Part shown: positions 37,709-47,627 of the stretch, piece by piece
Layout: the number at the start of each line of letters is the position of its first letter
How positions within the stretch are numbered: the stretch's first letter is position 1
From: a virus
DNA length: 64,000 nucleotides
IMG/VR virus record: IMGVR_UViG_3300032217_000845
Coordinates: 1 to 64,000 of that record
Reading direction: 5' to 3' (one strand)
Made by a program: the position numbers and the translations under genes
Notes under the pieces: generated by a model
Databases searched by the model: none
The model's input: the letters and a program-made list of their open reading frames with translations, nothing else
Told to the model about the DNA's origin: nothing

Positions 37709-39078
37709 TATTTATCCTCTGTTATAGGGCCGCCAACAACCCAGGCAGAGCAGGTTCTTGAGGCGGCACATTTGAAATCGAATGCTTCACAGTAGCCCAG
37801 CTCGGCCGTGTCGATAGCATCCCATGCATTTTGCTGACCAGAATCTCCAGCAGCAAGGCCGCCTTCAATACAGTCCAACATCTTTGGTGTACGAATGAAC
37901 ATTACGCAAGTTCCGCAAACACTCTTCTTTGCTTCTGCAATTGTTACGCTCCAACGGTCAGCCTTTTCTTTCCAGAATGGAGTGTTAGGTTCGTTTGGAT
38001 TTAGTGGTCCGTACTTGGCAGTTTCAATTGCTTTCTCACGATTAGCAAGGTTTACAGCAATATCTTGAGTTGCAGGAGGACACTCTTCGGTGTTGGCTGC
38101 TGCAAGAAGAGATGCAATTATTGGTGAGAAGTTAGAAGCTTCGCTGGAGCGTGGGTGCATTCTTGGAAGCAGGTCGTTGTCAGAAACGTATTTAGGGTTG
38201 TTAGGCTTACCTGACTTTACAAGTTTCAAGAAAGCGTTTACTCGACCCATGGCCCAAGAGTTTCTGTTTTGGTCTGGTCGATGGGAAGTTGAGAATGCAC
38301 CTGCTCCACGACGATAAACCGCTTTAAGTTTTGCTAGTGTGACCTTGCGTCCTGCTGGTGCTTTCTCGTTGTGCTCGGCAACTTTGTTTTCCAGAGACTT
38401 AATAATTGCTGCTGTAAAGTCGACGCCCTTACCTGTATCAGCAGAGCCTGCTTTGTTCTTGTCAGAGCCTTTGACTTGGTCTTTCTTTGGTGCTGGTTTA
38501 GAGCCAGCAGTAGCAACTAGTGGACCTCTGTATAGCTTTGCCATAATGTCGCTTTGACCACCACCAACTTTGTGTGCACAGCGGTGGTGTCCGTCTACTA
38601 ATTTGTAGCCTTCGTCATCTAGATAAACAGTGATTAGCTTTGTGTTGTCGCCAGCACCCTGCATCTTGATTGGGTCTAGGTAGTCTTGAGTCGGGATTAG
38701 GTCACTAATCTTTACAGACTCTTCAGTGTAGTTGTCACCCATGGCAGCAACCTTTTCCTTGAGCTGGTCTTGAATTAGATTAGGAGCCTTAGAGAACACC
38801 TTATCTGGAGTAACTGTGCCATCTGGTAGAACAGCGAAGCGACATAGGCCGCCTTCTTCTGTTTCGTGAGAGATGATGTCGCAACCGTTTGGTGCGTTCC
38901 AGAACACGCAGTTGCCACACTTCACGCCAATAGCAGCGTTCTCTGCGTTCTTCTCAGCGGAGTCATAGCCTGCCCAAACTCCGGTATTATCTTCATTGAA
39001 CTTGCCATGTCTATTAACGATGACGCGCAGAGCGTTCGCTAGGTCGCGCTCTTCGGGTACAAGATTATCATTAGACAT
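37708..39078 (-). CDS. multidomain protein: Cys-rich domain, ParB/Srx-like domain, VYRRG domain, Cys-rich domain
   Basis: CGNCVFW..C..C; LIPTQD...LVDGHHR; LKAVYRRGAGAF...WAMGRVNAF; CGTC...GYC...KC...TC. Confidence 0.65.
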   Translation of the reverse strand: MSNDNLVPEERDLANALRVIVNRHGKFNEDNTGVWAGYDSAEKNAENAAIGVKCGNCVFWNAPNGCDIISHETEEGGLCRFAVLPDGTVTPDKVFSKAPNLIQDQLKEKVAAMGDNYTEESVKISDLIPTQDYLDPIKMQGAGDNTKLITVYLDDEGYKLVDGHHRCAHKVGGGQSDIMAKLYRGPLVATAGSKPAPKKDQVKGSDKNKAGSADTGKGVDFTAAIIKSLENKVAEHNEKAPAGRKVTLAKLKAVYRRGAGAFSTSHRPDQNRNSWAMGRVNAFLKLVKSGKPNNPKYVSDNDLLPRMHPRSSEASNFSPIIASLLAAANTEECPPATQDIAVNLANREKAIETAKYGPLNPNEPNTPFWKEKADRWSVTIAEAKKSVCGTCVMFIRTPKMLDCIEGGLAAGDSGQQNAWDAIDTAELGYCEAFDFKCAASRTCSAWVVGGPITEDK

Positions 39079-39098
39079 AGGTATATTTTACCGCTTAG

Positions 39099-39302
39099 CT
39101 ACTTGACTGATTCGAGCTGGCTGATTGCGTAGTTATGACGGTACTCTTTAATAAATCCTTCTTGGTAGGCTCTGCAGACGTCCATGTTGTAAATGCGACC
39201 CTTGTCCTTAATATACTCACGCCAAGACTCTAAAGCCATTTGGCTTAGGTCTTTATGCTTAGGGCTATAGAAATGCTTTAAATAAGTAATGTAACGTTTC
39301 AT
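39099..39302 (-). CDS. hypothetical protein
   Basis: 67-aa ORF, TAATG coupled. Confidence 0.55.
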   Translation of the reverse strand: MKRYITYLKHFYSPKHKDLSQMALESWREYIKDKGRIYNMDVCRAYQEGFIKEYRHNYAISQLESVK

Positions 39303-39532
39303 TACTTCTTCTCGGCCTTCTTCTTCTTAGTAACTGGCTTCTCTTCTTCCTCTTCTGGCTTCTCGTAACGCATAGGGAAGGTTACAACCCAGATACCTAG
39401 GGTAATTAGGATAAGGTTTCCAGTTAGGTCCTTAGCAGAGCCTTCTAGTACTAGCCAAGCTACAGCCATACCTAGTAGTGTCCACGCTTGGTCGATGATG
39501 TCTTTAAGTAGTCCTTTTAGGAAGTTTTTCAT
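39302..39532 (-). CDS. two-TM membrane protein
   Basis: DQAWTLLGMAVAWLVLEG...; charged tail. Confidence 0.7.
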   Translation of the reverse strand: MKNFLKGLLKDIIDQAWTLLGMAVAWLVLEGSAKDLTGNLILITLGIWVVTFPMRYEKPEEEEEKPVTKKKKAEKK

Positions 39533-39534
39533 TA

Positions 39535-42500
39535 TTACTGCTTTCTTCTTGATGAGCCAGAACCAGATGAGGAACTGGAAGCTGATGAGGATGCAGCACT
39601 GGCGGCGGCACCCGCGGCTGCTTGGATAGCTGCTCCTGTAGCAACAACTGTTGCAACGACTACCTTCTTGGATTCTTCACGAACCTTTGGAGACATGTCG
39701 GCACCTGCGTTGCCAAAGAAGTTGATAAGTTCTGCAGCTGCTGCAAGACCAGGGATAGCTGCTAGCTCAGGGCTTAGTTCGATGTCATCTTGCTCGGCAG
39801 CAAGGTAAAGAGCGTCCAACGCTTGCTGGTACTCTGGGCTCCCTGCTTCTGCTGTTTCAAATGTTTCAAGAGCGGCTGCAACTAGTTGCTCTGCTTGAGC
39901 CTCGGTAAGTTCAGTCGGGTCTACAGCGTCAAGGTTTACTTCCATCAGGTTCTCGGCAGATAGTTCAGCTGGGATTTCTTTAGAGCCTTTTTCTTCTGGA
40001 GCAGGAGGTTCTTCATTAGCAATAGTTTCGATGCTGTTGAACTCGATAGAGGTAGGTAGTTCGGTGTTCTGGACTTCTAGCATTGAAGATGAGTAAGAGG
40101 TCAAAGATTCTGAAACGGTCTCATCTGCAACTTCCTTAATTGAAAGATTGGCTGCAGTTACTTTCTGAGCAGAAGCTAGCGACGCACTTATTGTAGTTAG
40201 TTCAGATTCCTTAGTAGTAACTTGAGCTTGAGAGGCTGTAACTTCTGATGAGGCAACATCTACTGATTGTTGAGAAGTTGTCAAAATGTCAGTGGCTGCC
40301 AGTAAGGTTGCTTCGGCAGAAGCCTTAGTTGAAATTGCAGTTCCTAAATCAGAAGCTGCTGAGTCCTTGGCTGTCTGTGCTGAAGTCTTGGCTGCTAATT
40401 TGCTTGACTTGTCTGATGTAGCAGTAGCTAGATTGCTAGTTGCTGTCTCGTGCTTTGTTGTAGCAGTATCTACATTGGTAGATGCTGTCTGGTAATTAGT
40501 GACTGCTTCGTCATAGTTATCTTGAGCAACGGTGAACGCAGCAACGGATGAGTTGTAGGTAGATGTTGATGAGTTGTGTGCAGCGATAGCTGAGTTCAGA
40601 TTAGTAGTAGCTTCCTCCTTCGCTGCAAGTAAAGTTGCTACTGCTTGTGTCTGCTGCTCTTGTTGAGAAGTTAGAGCAACGATTAAGTTGGAAGCTTGAG
40701 TCTTCTGATTGTTTAGAGTTCCGACTGTTTCCCAGATGGAATCTCTGTTGATTAGTGCTGCGTCGTAGTCTGCTTGTGCTTGCTGTACTTCAGGATAGGC
40801 AGCATTGAGAGTTGTTGCTGAATCAATAACTGCGTAGTATCCAGCTGTTGACTGTTGAGCCGCTGCTTGCTGAGATGCTTGGGCCGATGTCCAGTCAGAG
40901 TTAGCAGTAGTGTAAGCATCAAGGGCAGCGTTATAGTTTGCCTGTGCTTCTTGAAGTGCTGGAAGTAGAGCAGGGTCATTGATAAGAGGAGCCACTTGAT
41001 TAGGGATAACCTCTGTGACATAGTAGGTCTCAGTAGTATAAGTGGTCACCTCTTCGTAGGTAGTAGTGGTTGTTGTAGTTGTACCTAAGTTAGCTGCTGG
41101 AACAAGTTGGTAGCCTGTCTGTGGGGTGTAGTAGTAAAGCCAGACTGCTGCTCCGCCGCCATTCTCGTAATAGTAGAGAGTGATTGAGTGAGTAGAGCCT
41201 GCCTCGAAATAAACAGGTACAGATGTAGAACCGCCTCCACCCTTGTCATACCAGTCGCTAATAATTTGAACTCCGTCAATTAGAAGGATTGTTCCGTCGT
41301 CTGCTGGAGAGTAGAACTGGTAGTTGCCAGAGGTTGGGAATGAGATGTTTCCAGTAAAGCGAACGATTACATCCTCTGAGCGTCCTGAGCCTAGGACTTG
41401 CCCCCCTCCCCATTGGAAGTTAATGTTTGGAACTATGGTTGTATAGAAAGGTCTCTCTGTTGCTGTTGGAAGCGGTGGAGCATTGTTATAGCCTTGACGG
41501 TTGAATACGTCAGCGGTTAGACCTCCAGTAAGAGTTGTCACATTTCTTGCAACTGTTTCAGTGTGTGCAACCTGTCTAGTGTAGGCAACTTGCCAAGTCG
41601 CTGGTGTCCACGAAGGGTCGGAGATTAGTTCATTGTCATAGTTCCATTGTGCTTGGCTTAGTGCGTTCTGAGCTAAATCTAATGTGCTTTGTGCTTGATA
41701 GAAGGCAGACTGTTTTTCTATGTAGTTGTTGTAGGCAACATCGTACTCAGCTAGATACTTGTTGTAGGCAGTGACTACCTGAGTGTAGTTTGCTTGAGCA
41801 TTGGTGAGGGCTGCTTGCTTAGTATAAAGATTAGAGGTGCTTGAGCCTAGCTCGGAGTTTGCTTGGTAGAAGTTGCCCCAGGCTGTATCTAGTGGAGCAA
41901 GGGTAGCTTCGTAAGAATCCTGAGCAGCCGTGAGTTGTGCGTTGGTGTTATCTAGGGCATCAACACTTGAGTTGTAATCAGAAGCTGCTTGGCTGAAGGT
42001 GAGCTGAGCAGCGGTCTTAGTAGCAAGTGCTAAGTCTAAGTTGGTGGTGGCTTCAGCAAGATTGGTTTCGGCCGTTACCAAATCGTTATAATTGACTTCT
42101 CTACTTTGATGCGAAGTTGACAGGATGAGCTCTGCGTTTGCTAGTTCCTGCTGAAGGGTTGACTTTAAGTTAGATGCATTGTTATAAGCAATAACCGCTA
42201 AGTCGTAGTTGTCCTTGGCAATACTTAGAAGTTCAACCGCTGTTGTGTGGTCATTGGTTGCAGTTGTTAAGTTGTTGGTGGCAGTGGTTAAGGTAGCCTG
42301 AGCATCTTCTTTAGCTGTCTGAGCAGTTGCTAGGTTTGATGAGGCTGCAGTTAAGGTGGCAGTCTTATTAGTAAGTATAAGTTGGAGAGCGTCGTACTCT
42401 GCCTGAGTTAAGGTCTTCTGACTAGTTAGGGCAGTCTCGGAGTCGATGGCAGTATTGTATTTAGCAAGAGCGGTAGCAAGAGTTTGGGTTGCCTCTTGGT

Positions 42501-42942
42501 ATTGGGAGTAGGCGGTCTTGGCTGTTGCTAGCTTAGAGGTGTAGGAATCAACCTTTGCCTGGGCTGCGTCAATACGAGTCTGAAGCTCCACGGCATTGGC
42601 TGGATTTTTAGGAAGTATGTTCTTTAGCGTTGCTAGTTGACTTTTGGCAGATGATAGATTAGACTCTAAGATATTGATGTCCGCTAAAGAAGGAGTTTCA
42701 GATGACCATTTCGTTTGTAGGTTTCGACCTAGGAAGCTATTTGATTGGTTTAGCAACCCCGTTTGTAATCGCGATTGTGATTGCAACGGTGAAGTTTGTC
42801 CGTGACCAACGCCGCCGCTAGACGCGAAAGCAGACTCTGCCATACAAATTGGTAGGCTAACAAGAAGGGCCGCAGTGAATAACTGTGGTCCTTTCTTTAT
42901 GATGCTTCGGTGCTCTCCCTCACCCTTTTTAGGGTGTAGCAC
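39535..42942 (-). CDS. large exported coiled-coil protein with a central PA14 carbohydrate-binding domain
   Basis: Signal-peptide-like N-terminus (AFA), long A/T/Q heptads, INFQWG...ADDG...YYENGGGA (PA14), hydrophobic C-terminus; start uncertain. Confidence 0.75.
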   Translation of the reverse strand: MLHPKKGEGEHRSIIKKGPQLFTAALLVSLPICMAESAFASSGGVGHGQTSPLQSQSRLQTGLLNQSNSFLGRNLQTKWSSETPSLADINILESNLSSAKSQLATLKNILPKNPANAVELQTRIDAAQAKVDSYTSKLATAKTAYSQYQEATQTLATALAKYNTAIDSETALTSQKTLTQAEYDALQLILTNKTATLTAASSNLATAQTAKEDAQATLTTATNNLTTATNDHTTAVELLSIAKDNYDLAVIAYNNASNLKSTLQQELANAELILSTSHQSREVNYNDLVTAETNLAEATTNLDLALATKTAAQLTFSQAASDYNSSVDALDNTNAQLTAAQDSYEATLAPLDTAWGNFYQANSELGSSTSNLYTKQAALTNAQANYTQVVTAYNKYLAEYDVAYNNYIEKQSAFYQAQSTLDLAQNALSQAQWNYDNELISDPSWTPATWQVAYTRQVAHTETVARNVTTLTGGLTADVFNRQGYNNAPPLPTATERPFYTTIVPNINFQWGGGQVLGSGRSEDVIVRFTGNISFPTSGNYQFYSPADDGTILLIDGVQIISDWYDKGGGGSTSVPVYFEAGSTHSITLYYYENGGGAAVWLYYYTPQTGYQLVPAANLGTTTTTTTTYEEVTTYTTETYYVTEVIPNQVAPLINDPALLPALQEAQANYNAALDAYTTANSDWTSAQASQQAAAQQSTAGYYAVIDSATTLNAAYPEVQQAQADYDAALINRDSIWETVGTLNNQKTQASNLIVALTSQQEQQTQAVATLLAAKEEATTNLNSAIAAHNSSTSTYNSSVAAFTVAQDNYDEAVTNYQTASTNVDTATTKHETATSNLATATSDKSSKLAAKTSAQTAKDSAASDLGTAISTKASAEATLLAATDILTTSQQSVDVASSEVTASQAQVTTKESELTTISASLASAQKVTAANLSIKEVADETVSESLTSYSSSMLEVQNTELPTSIEFNSIETIANEEPPAPEEKGSKEIPAELSAENLMEVNLDAVDPTELTEAQAEQLVAAALETFETAEAGSPEYQQALDALYLAAEQDDIELSPELAAIPGLAAAAELINFFGNAGADMSPKVREESKKVVVATVVATGAAIQAAAGAAASAASSSASSSSSGSGSSRRKQ

Positions 42943-42948
42943 TTAGGC

Positions 42949-43164
42949 TTACTCTTTCTCTTCTGGTTCTCCCCAGACATAGACTTGAGTGGTCTTCATT
43001 AGGTCAAGTACATCTCGGGTCAGTGCCTCAACCGCTAGCAGAATGTCAGCTTTCGCATCTGGATTATTAGGGGGCTCGAGTTCAAAATGTACTTCTTGAA
43101 CAACTTCTTGACACAGTTGGAGGCGCTCAAGGGCTCTCTCAAGTGGGTCTCTGTTGTCTTCCAT
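42949..43164 (-). CDS. hypothetical protein
   Basis: TATAAT a few nt before the ATG (leaderless). Confidence 0.65.
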   Translation of the reverse strand: MEDNRDPLERALERLQLCQEVVQEVHFELEPPNNPDAKADILLAVEALTRDVLDLMKTTQVYVWGEPEEKE

Positions 43165-43423
43165 GGTTTAATTATAAGGCCGAAACGTAATTCTGAATTG
43201 CCTGTTTATAAGGGTTTTAAGGGGTTGAAGTATACCATACTGAGGGTGTAGACTAACATAGTTTAGTATAATAAGTCAAGGAAATATGGATAGGTTTAGG
43301 AGAGGTTGTGGAAAAGATACTAGCAAGAAATAATGAGTTTGACTATGCAAAAGGTGCTAATGACTCTTTGTATGTATTAGCACTGAAGTTGGAGTTTCTC
43401 TATGAAAAACGTGCTAGTATGTC

Positions 43424-43586
43424 AACTAATATATACAGAACAACAGAATCAACTTATAAACCCCTACGTGTATGTACATACGATATTGGAGTAGTAGTAA
43501 ACCCAGTTGGTTCTGTTGTTCTGTTATATAAGTTCTTTCTGTTAGTATTGGTGGATGGATTTGACAAAACTCACTTGACAAAACTT
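43424..43586. repeat. AT-rich inverted-repeat region at the transcription divergence point (origin/terminus candidate)
   Basis: 20-bp inverted repeat 43435-43454/43505-43524 (1 mismatch), perfect palindrome GTATGTACATAC 43470-43481, direct repeat TTGACAAAACT x2. Confidence 0.6.
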
Positions 43587-43643
43587 TTTAGAAAAAGCCG
43601 AAAAGAACTTGCACAAGCGGAACAAAAGAGATAGGATGCACTT

Positions 43644-44096
43644 ATGGAAGAAAACGCAATGTCCTTCTTCGACTTCACAGAAGATGAAGCAGAGAAGGCT
43701 CTAAACAATATCGAAATGCTGAGTGGTCGTAAAGATGGTCGTATCTGTCTTTGTGGTCACTCCAACGGAAGACACTCACTGGTCAACGGCATCTTGAGCT
43801 GCCAAGCAGCCAAACAGTACTGCCCATGTAAGAGTCTCCGTCTAGTGGTTGAGTGCTCAAACACCCGACCATTCCTACGCAAGACTTCTGGAGCAGGACC
43901 ACTTCATGCACTAAGTCAAGGTATCTCCTCTGCCATCAAAGCAGGCTACGAGATTAAGTGGCTAGTTGAGATGGAATGTGACAAGTGCCACAAGTCCGTC
44001 CCAGTCAGTCCAGTCCCAGTTAGCCAACGTGGTGTTGAGATGGATGAAGCAACTGGGTACGATGCTTTATTGTGTCGCGATTGTAGGACTGCCTAA
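43644..44096 (+). CDS. Cys-rich zinc-binding protein
   Basis: CLCGH...H, C..CPC, CDKC, CRDC. Confidence 0.7.
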   Translation: MEENAMSFFDFTEDEAEKALNNIEMLSGRKDGRICLCGHSNGRHSLVNGILSCQAAKQYCPCKSLRLVVECSNTRPFLRKTSGAGPLHALSQGISSAIKAGYEIKWLVEMECDKCHKSVPVSPVPVSQRGVEMDEATGYDALLCRDCRTA

Positions 44097-44626
44097 TGAC
44101 TCCAGCAAAAGCATGCACTGCTGTCTATATCAATCAAGCCCGAGATGCACATAATCCAGGCGGTCCAGCCAACACCATCATGGTGAAGAATCTAGACGAG
44201 CACAAAGACAAGATACACGAACTGTTCTCTGAGGGTCTAATTAAACTAGACGAGATTAGAGTCTTAACTAGTTGGAGTCTCGGCAATCACATCTTTGGTG
44301 GAAAAGATTACATCCAGTTCACGTTCTATTGCTACTACACAATTAGAGCATCAGACCAAGTGAACATCGATGAACTTGTGGCAAAGGCTATTACCAAACT
44401 ACCTGAGTTAAATCTAGGACTGACCCACCACATCACACATTACAGCGATGAACTTAGTGGTGAAGGATTGCTAGGACCTTGCAAGAGATGTCAGGGTAGT
44501 GGAAACTTAACTAGTTACAGCTCATATCGAGCAGACGTAGAATATGATTGCCCAGACTGCGGCGGTCATGGAAAGAAGCTAAATGTTGAAACTGATGAAC
44601 AACAAACAAGTATCTCTATGGCTTAA
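44096..44626 (+). CDS. hypothetical protein with a DnaJ-type zinc finger
   Basis: CKRCQGSG...CPDCGGHG. Confidence 0.7.
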   Translation: MTPAKACTAVYINQARDAHNPGGPANTIMVKNLDEHKDKIHELFSEGLIKLDEIRVLTSWSLGNHIFGGKDYIQFTFYCYYTIRASDQVNIDELVAKAITKLPELNLGLTHHITHYSDELSGEGLLGPCKRCQGSGNLTSYSSYRADVEYDCPDCGGHGKKLNVETDEQQTSISMA

Positions 44627-44864
44627 TGGTCAGTTCTTAAATCTTTACTCACACAAGACACTCCCGACCGAGTCAGTAGTAGAGATGACAAAAAGAATGA
44701 CTCAATACTTCCAAGGTGATGCCACCAGAGAAGACCTGAAGAATGCAAGAGTAAGTCTCATGTCTGAAGCATTAGTTGACCAAGATGACTCCGATACACT
44801 ACTGTCCCTATCTGAGGCAGATGTTGACTTAGCCTACACACTTTGGGTACTTGGCAATGGCTAA
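44583..44864 (+). CDS. hypothetical protein
   Basis: ORF in operon; start uncertain. Confidence 0.55.
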   Translation: MLKLMNNKQVSLWLNGQFLNLYSHKTLPTESVVEMTKRMTQYFQGDATREDLKNARVSLMSEALVDQDDSDTLLSLSEADVDLAYTLWVLGNG

Positions 44865-45156
44865 AGCATCTGCTCAACCAGATAGGTCTTCTACTACTAC
44901 CGTTACATCGATAGTTAGAATGCAACCATGCGGTTGGTGCAACACCGGAGACCACAAGACTTGTAAGCACGAAATACGCTATTATGAGAAACTGTGGATT
45001 TGCGGTTGTGAATGCAATAAAGATTGGATACCCTCAACCGAGAGGTCTAATAATGAAAACAAGGAGAACCATGAAGAGACTGTGGAACAGGTTGTTCAAG
45101 AAGAACAGCAAGTCCAAGAACCTGAAACCCCCGAAGGCACTGAAGAAGCTAGTTGA
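44851..45156 (+). CDS. Cys-rich hypothetical protein
   Basis: CGWC.TG.H..C...W.CGCEC. Confidence 0.6.
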   Translation: MAMAKASAQPDRSSTTTVTSIVRMQPCGWCNTGDHKTCKHEIRYYEKLWICGCECNKDWIPSTERSNNENKENHEETVEQVVQEEQQVQEPETPEGTEEAS

Positions 45157-45364
45157 TAGCATCGAACGTGACGACAAGGGTAGATGGGTAATCCCTACAG
45201 AGGGAACCAAACTTCCTAGAGACTTTACAGAAGAACTGAAAAGGTTAAAGGAAGACTTAAACAAGGCAACTGAAATTGCTGTACAGGTAACTGTAAAGAA
45301 ACCAGCACCTAAGAAGCCAGCACCAAAAAAGGCAACACCTAAAAAGAAAGACACTAATGAATAA
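45071..45364 (+). CDS. basic protein with KKPAP repeats
   Basis: AGGAGA RBS; histone-like KKPAPKKPAPKK tail. Confidence 0.55.
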   Translation: MKRLWNRLFKKNSKSKNLKPPKALKKLVDSIERDDKGRWVIPTEGTKLPRDFTEELKRLKEDLNKATEIAVQVTVKKPAPKKPAPKKATPKKKDTNE

Positions 45365-45689
45365 AGCAGCACTAGAGTCCTACCTAAGAAATCTATTAGG
45401 TCAGGCAATCGGAGCAGTTGTAATCGTTGGACAGACTTCGGGAATCGTATCCCCAGTCGACTTCGGCGTAGCAGAGTGGCTACTTGTAGCTAACGCTTTG
45501 TGGGCATCTGCAATCCCAACCCTCCTTCGTTGGGTAAACAAGAAGGACCCAGCATTTGGTCGAGTAGCCGAAGTAGTTGCAAAGGAAGTTAGCACTAAGC
45601 TAGTCACCGAAGCAGCAAAGGCAAAGGCTGTAAAGCCAGCTACTAAGCCAGTTGCAAAGAAGCCAACCCCTAAGAAGCCAAAGGCTTAA
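45357..45689 (+). CDS. holin-like membrane protein
   Basis: SYLR...two TM helices...LLRWVNKKDPAFG; basic tail. Confidence 0.65.
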   Translation: MNKAALESYLRNLLGQAIGAVVIVGQTSGIVSPVDFGVAEWLLVANALWASAIPTLLRWVNKKDPAFGRVAEVVAKEVSTKLVTEAAKAKAVKPATKPVAKKPTPKKPKA

Positions 45690-46143
45690 ATTGGATTTGG
45701 TGGCTCCAAGAAAAGCAGCCGAGGAGTTCGGAGTAACTTCTGGGATGATTTGGTATTGGCTGAAGAAGGGTCGCATTAACCGCTACCCAATTGAAGGCAA
45801 TACCAGAAACTATCTTGTGAGCTTGACCGAGGTGTGGGAGGCTATCGAATGGAAATCAAACCTAATCGATAGTCACCCTAACCTTGTCACACGGAAAGAA
45901 GCGGCAAGTCTAATCGGAGTAGTCGAGAAAGAAATCTCCTACTATGTCAAGATGGGTTATCTAAAGCCCCACTACATCTTTGGCAACGGCAAGCATTACT
46001 TAGTGGAGCGAGAAGAAGTTTTAAAGCAACCGAAACGGATTGCTGATATGTACTCTGCACCTGAACGGAAGCAGAAGTTGAGAGAGCTAGCCTTATCTCA
46101 ACCGCGTCAAGGCAAAGCCTTCGCAAAACGCCAAACCGACTAA
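45652..46143 (+). CDS. tandem MerR/excisionase-type HTH protein
   Basis: AAEEFGVT..MI.YW.KKGRI and TRKEAASLIGV...ISYYVKMGYL. Confidence 0.75.
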   Translation: MQRSQPLRSQRLKLDLVAPRKAAEEFGVTSGMIWYWLKKGRINRYPIEGNTRNYLVSLTEVWEAIEWKSNLIDSHPNLVTRKEAASLIGVVEKEISYYVKMGYLKPHYIFGNGKHYLVEREEVLKQPKRIADMYSAPERKQKLRELALSQPRQGKAFAKRQTD

Positions 46144-46200
46144 GTCCCATTTTGGGACCCCCACCTGTTAGTCTTGTATCAAGACTAGAACCGAGACAGC

Positions 46201-46449
46201 GTGGAAAAAGAAAAAGCAATCAAGATAAACTACGCCGCTGAATTAGCGGGGGTGTCGCAGAAGACTATCTACAACTGGATTAGCAACGGATACCTGCGTA
46301 TGTATCACCCTGGATTTGTCTTGTTTTCTGAAGTGCGGCGAGCACAGATAGTCATAAATAATCTTAAATCAGAGCAGTCTCGTAACCGAGTTAAGGTATC
46401 AAACCGAGACAATCTTGGACGCTTTACTACCAATCAGCAAACCGATTAG
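46201..46449 (+). CDS. MerR/excisionase-type HTH protein
   Basis: AAELAGVSQKTIYNWISNGYL. Confidence 0.75.
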   Translation: MEKEKAIKINYAAELAGVSQKTIYNWISNGYLRMYHPGFVLFSEVRRAQIVINNLKSEQSRNRVKVSNRDNLGRFTTNQQTD

Positions 46450-46691
46450 TATGCTACATTATGAAATGTTGTTTATGAATGGAGAAAAGGTAGCCGTCGC
46501 CCTCTCCACACGCAAAAAATCGTCTCGAGAAAATTACTGTACACTACGATTTGTACAACCGATTAAGAAAGAGTAACCTTACCAGCCATGATAAACTTGA
46601 TACGAAGGCACCTTCGTCACAAGTCCTCTCCCCAGCTGGCGAAGGTGTCTTCTTTACTTCGGACCACTAATACGAAGTTAAGGCCAACCGG

Positions 46692-47627
46692 ATGACCGAC
46701 TCAGAACTCATCAATGTTTTTAACCCAACCGGCGAGCAAGAAGAACGCGCCGAATATGTAATCGACGAACCGCTAGACCTACGTCCTGACCTGACCCTCA
46801 TCGGATTAGAAGAAGTTGACAAAGGTGTATGTGAGGATACATTTGAGAACCGACAAGTCTTGCGGCGAGCAAAGCTAAACTGGGACCCTGTCTACTCAAC
46901 CAACGGAATCCCAACGGGTCTCATTAGGGCCCGCTCCCAACAAAGTACTATCGAGCGTCGTATCCTCTCACTTAGTGAGAAGAAGCCAATCATGGTTGAC
47001 CCTGACAACCGCAACTCTGATTACCTAACCGGCCTGGACTTAGTAGCTGAGGAGAAGACCGACTACCTGGTACCGCCTTGGGTTATCGGAGCTACCCGAC
47101 TTTGGATTAAGGAACAAAACGAAGGCGGCCCGCGCAGCGAAAAGCGCAAGCCGCTAGCATTGCCGCACCGCTGTCGTCAGATTAAAGACGACACCATCCG
47201 ATGTATGCTATGGTCCAGCGGACGTCCGAATGATGACGGCTTGTGCCGCATCCATCTTCGTAGTACGAAACATAAGACTAGTGATGACATCGAACGGGCC
47301 CGCACTAAGTTGCAGCAAGCTGCACCGTATGCAGTTGACATGCTTGAAGACTTGATGGAGAACGCTGAGTCAGAACCGGTTAAGCTCAAAGCAGCAACCG
47401 AGATACTTGACCGAGCCGGCGTGCGCGGAGGAATAGAAATTGATTCAACCGTCAACATCGACTTGAGACCTGCGGCTAGCATCATCAGTGAGCGCCTTAA
47501 CCGCTTAGCCTCAGGGGCTATCGAAGCTGCAGGTAAGCTAGCCGCTGCAGGTGTTAGAGTAGAGACCGAGCAAGATATGATTGAAGCTGAAGTTGTTGAA
47601 GACAACGGCCAGGAAGAAGAGCGTTGA
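46692..47627 (+). CDS. hypothetical protein, terminase-small-subunit-like C-terminus
   Basis: C..C..C..H cluster, then AVDMLEDLM...VKLKAATEILDRAG and an IEAEVVE tail. Confidence 0.45.
   Translation: MTDSELINVFNPTGEQEERAEYVIDEPLDLRPDLTLIGLEEVDKGVCEDTFENRQVLRRAKLNWDPVYSTNGIPTGLIRARSQQSTIERRILSLSEKKPIMVDPDNRNSDYLTGLDLVAEEKTDYLVPPWVIGATRLWIKEQNEGGPRSEKRKPLALPHRCRQIKDDTIRCMLWSSGRPNDDGLCRIHLRSTKHKTSDDIERARTKLQQAAPYAVDMLEDLMENAESEPVKLKAATEILDRAGVRGGIEIDSTVNIDLRPAASIISERLNRLASGAIEAAGKLAAAGVRVETEQDMIEAEVVEDNGQEEER

Noticed and set aside
43308-43634. 108-aa ORF in the track
   Set aside because: It overlaps the AT-rich inverted-repeat region, has atypical composition and has no recognisable motif; more likely non-coding
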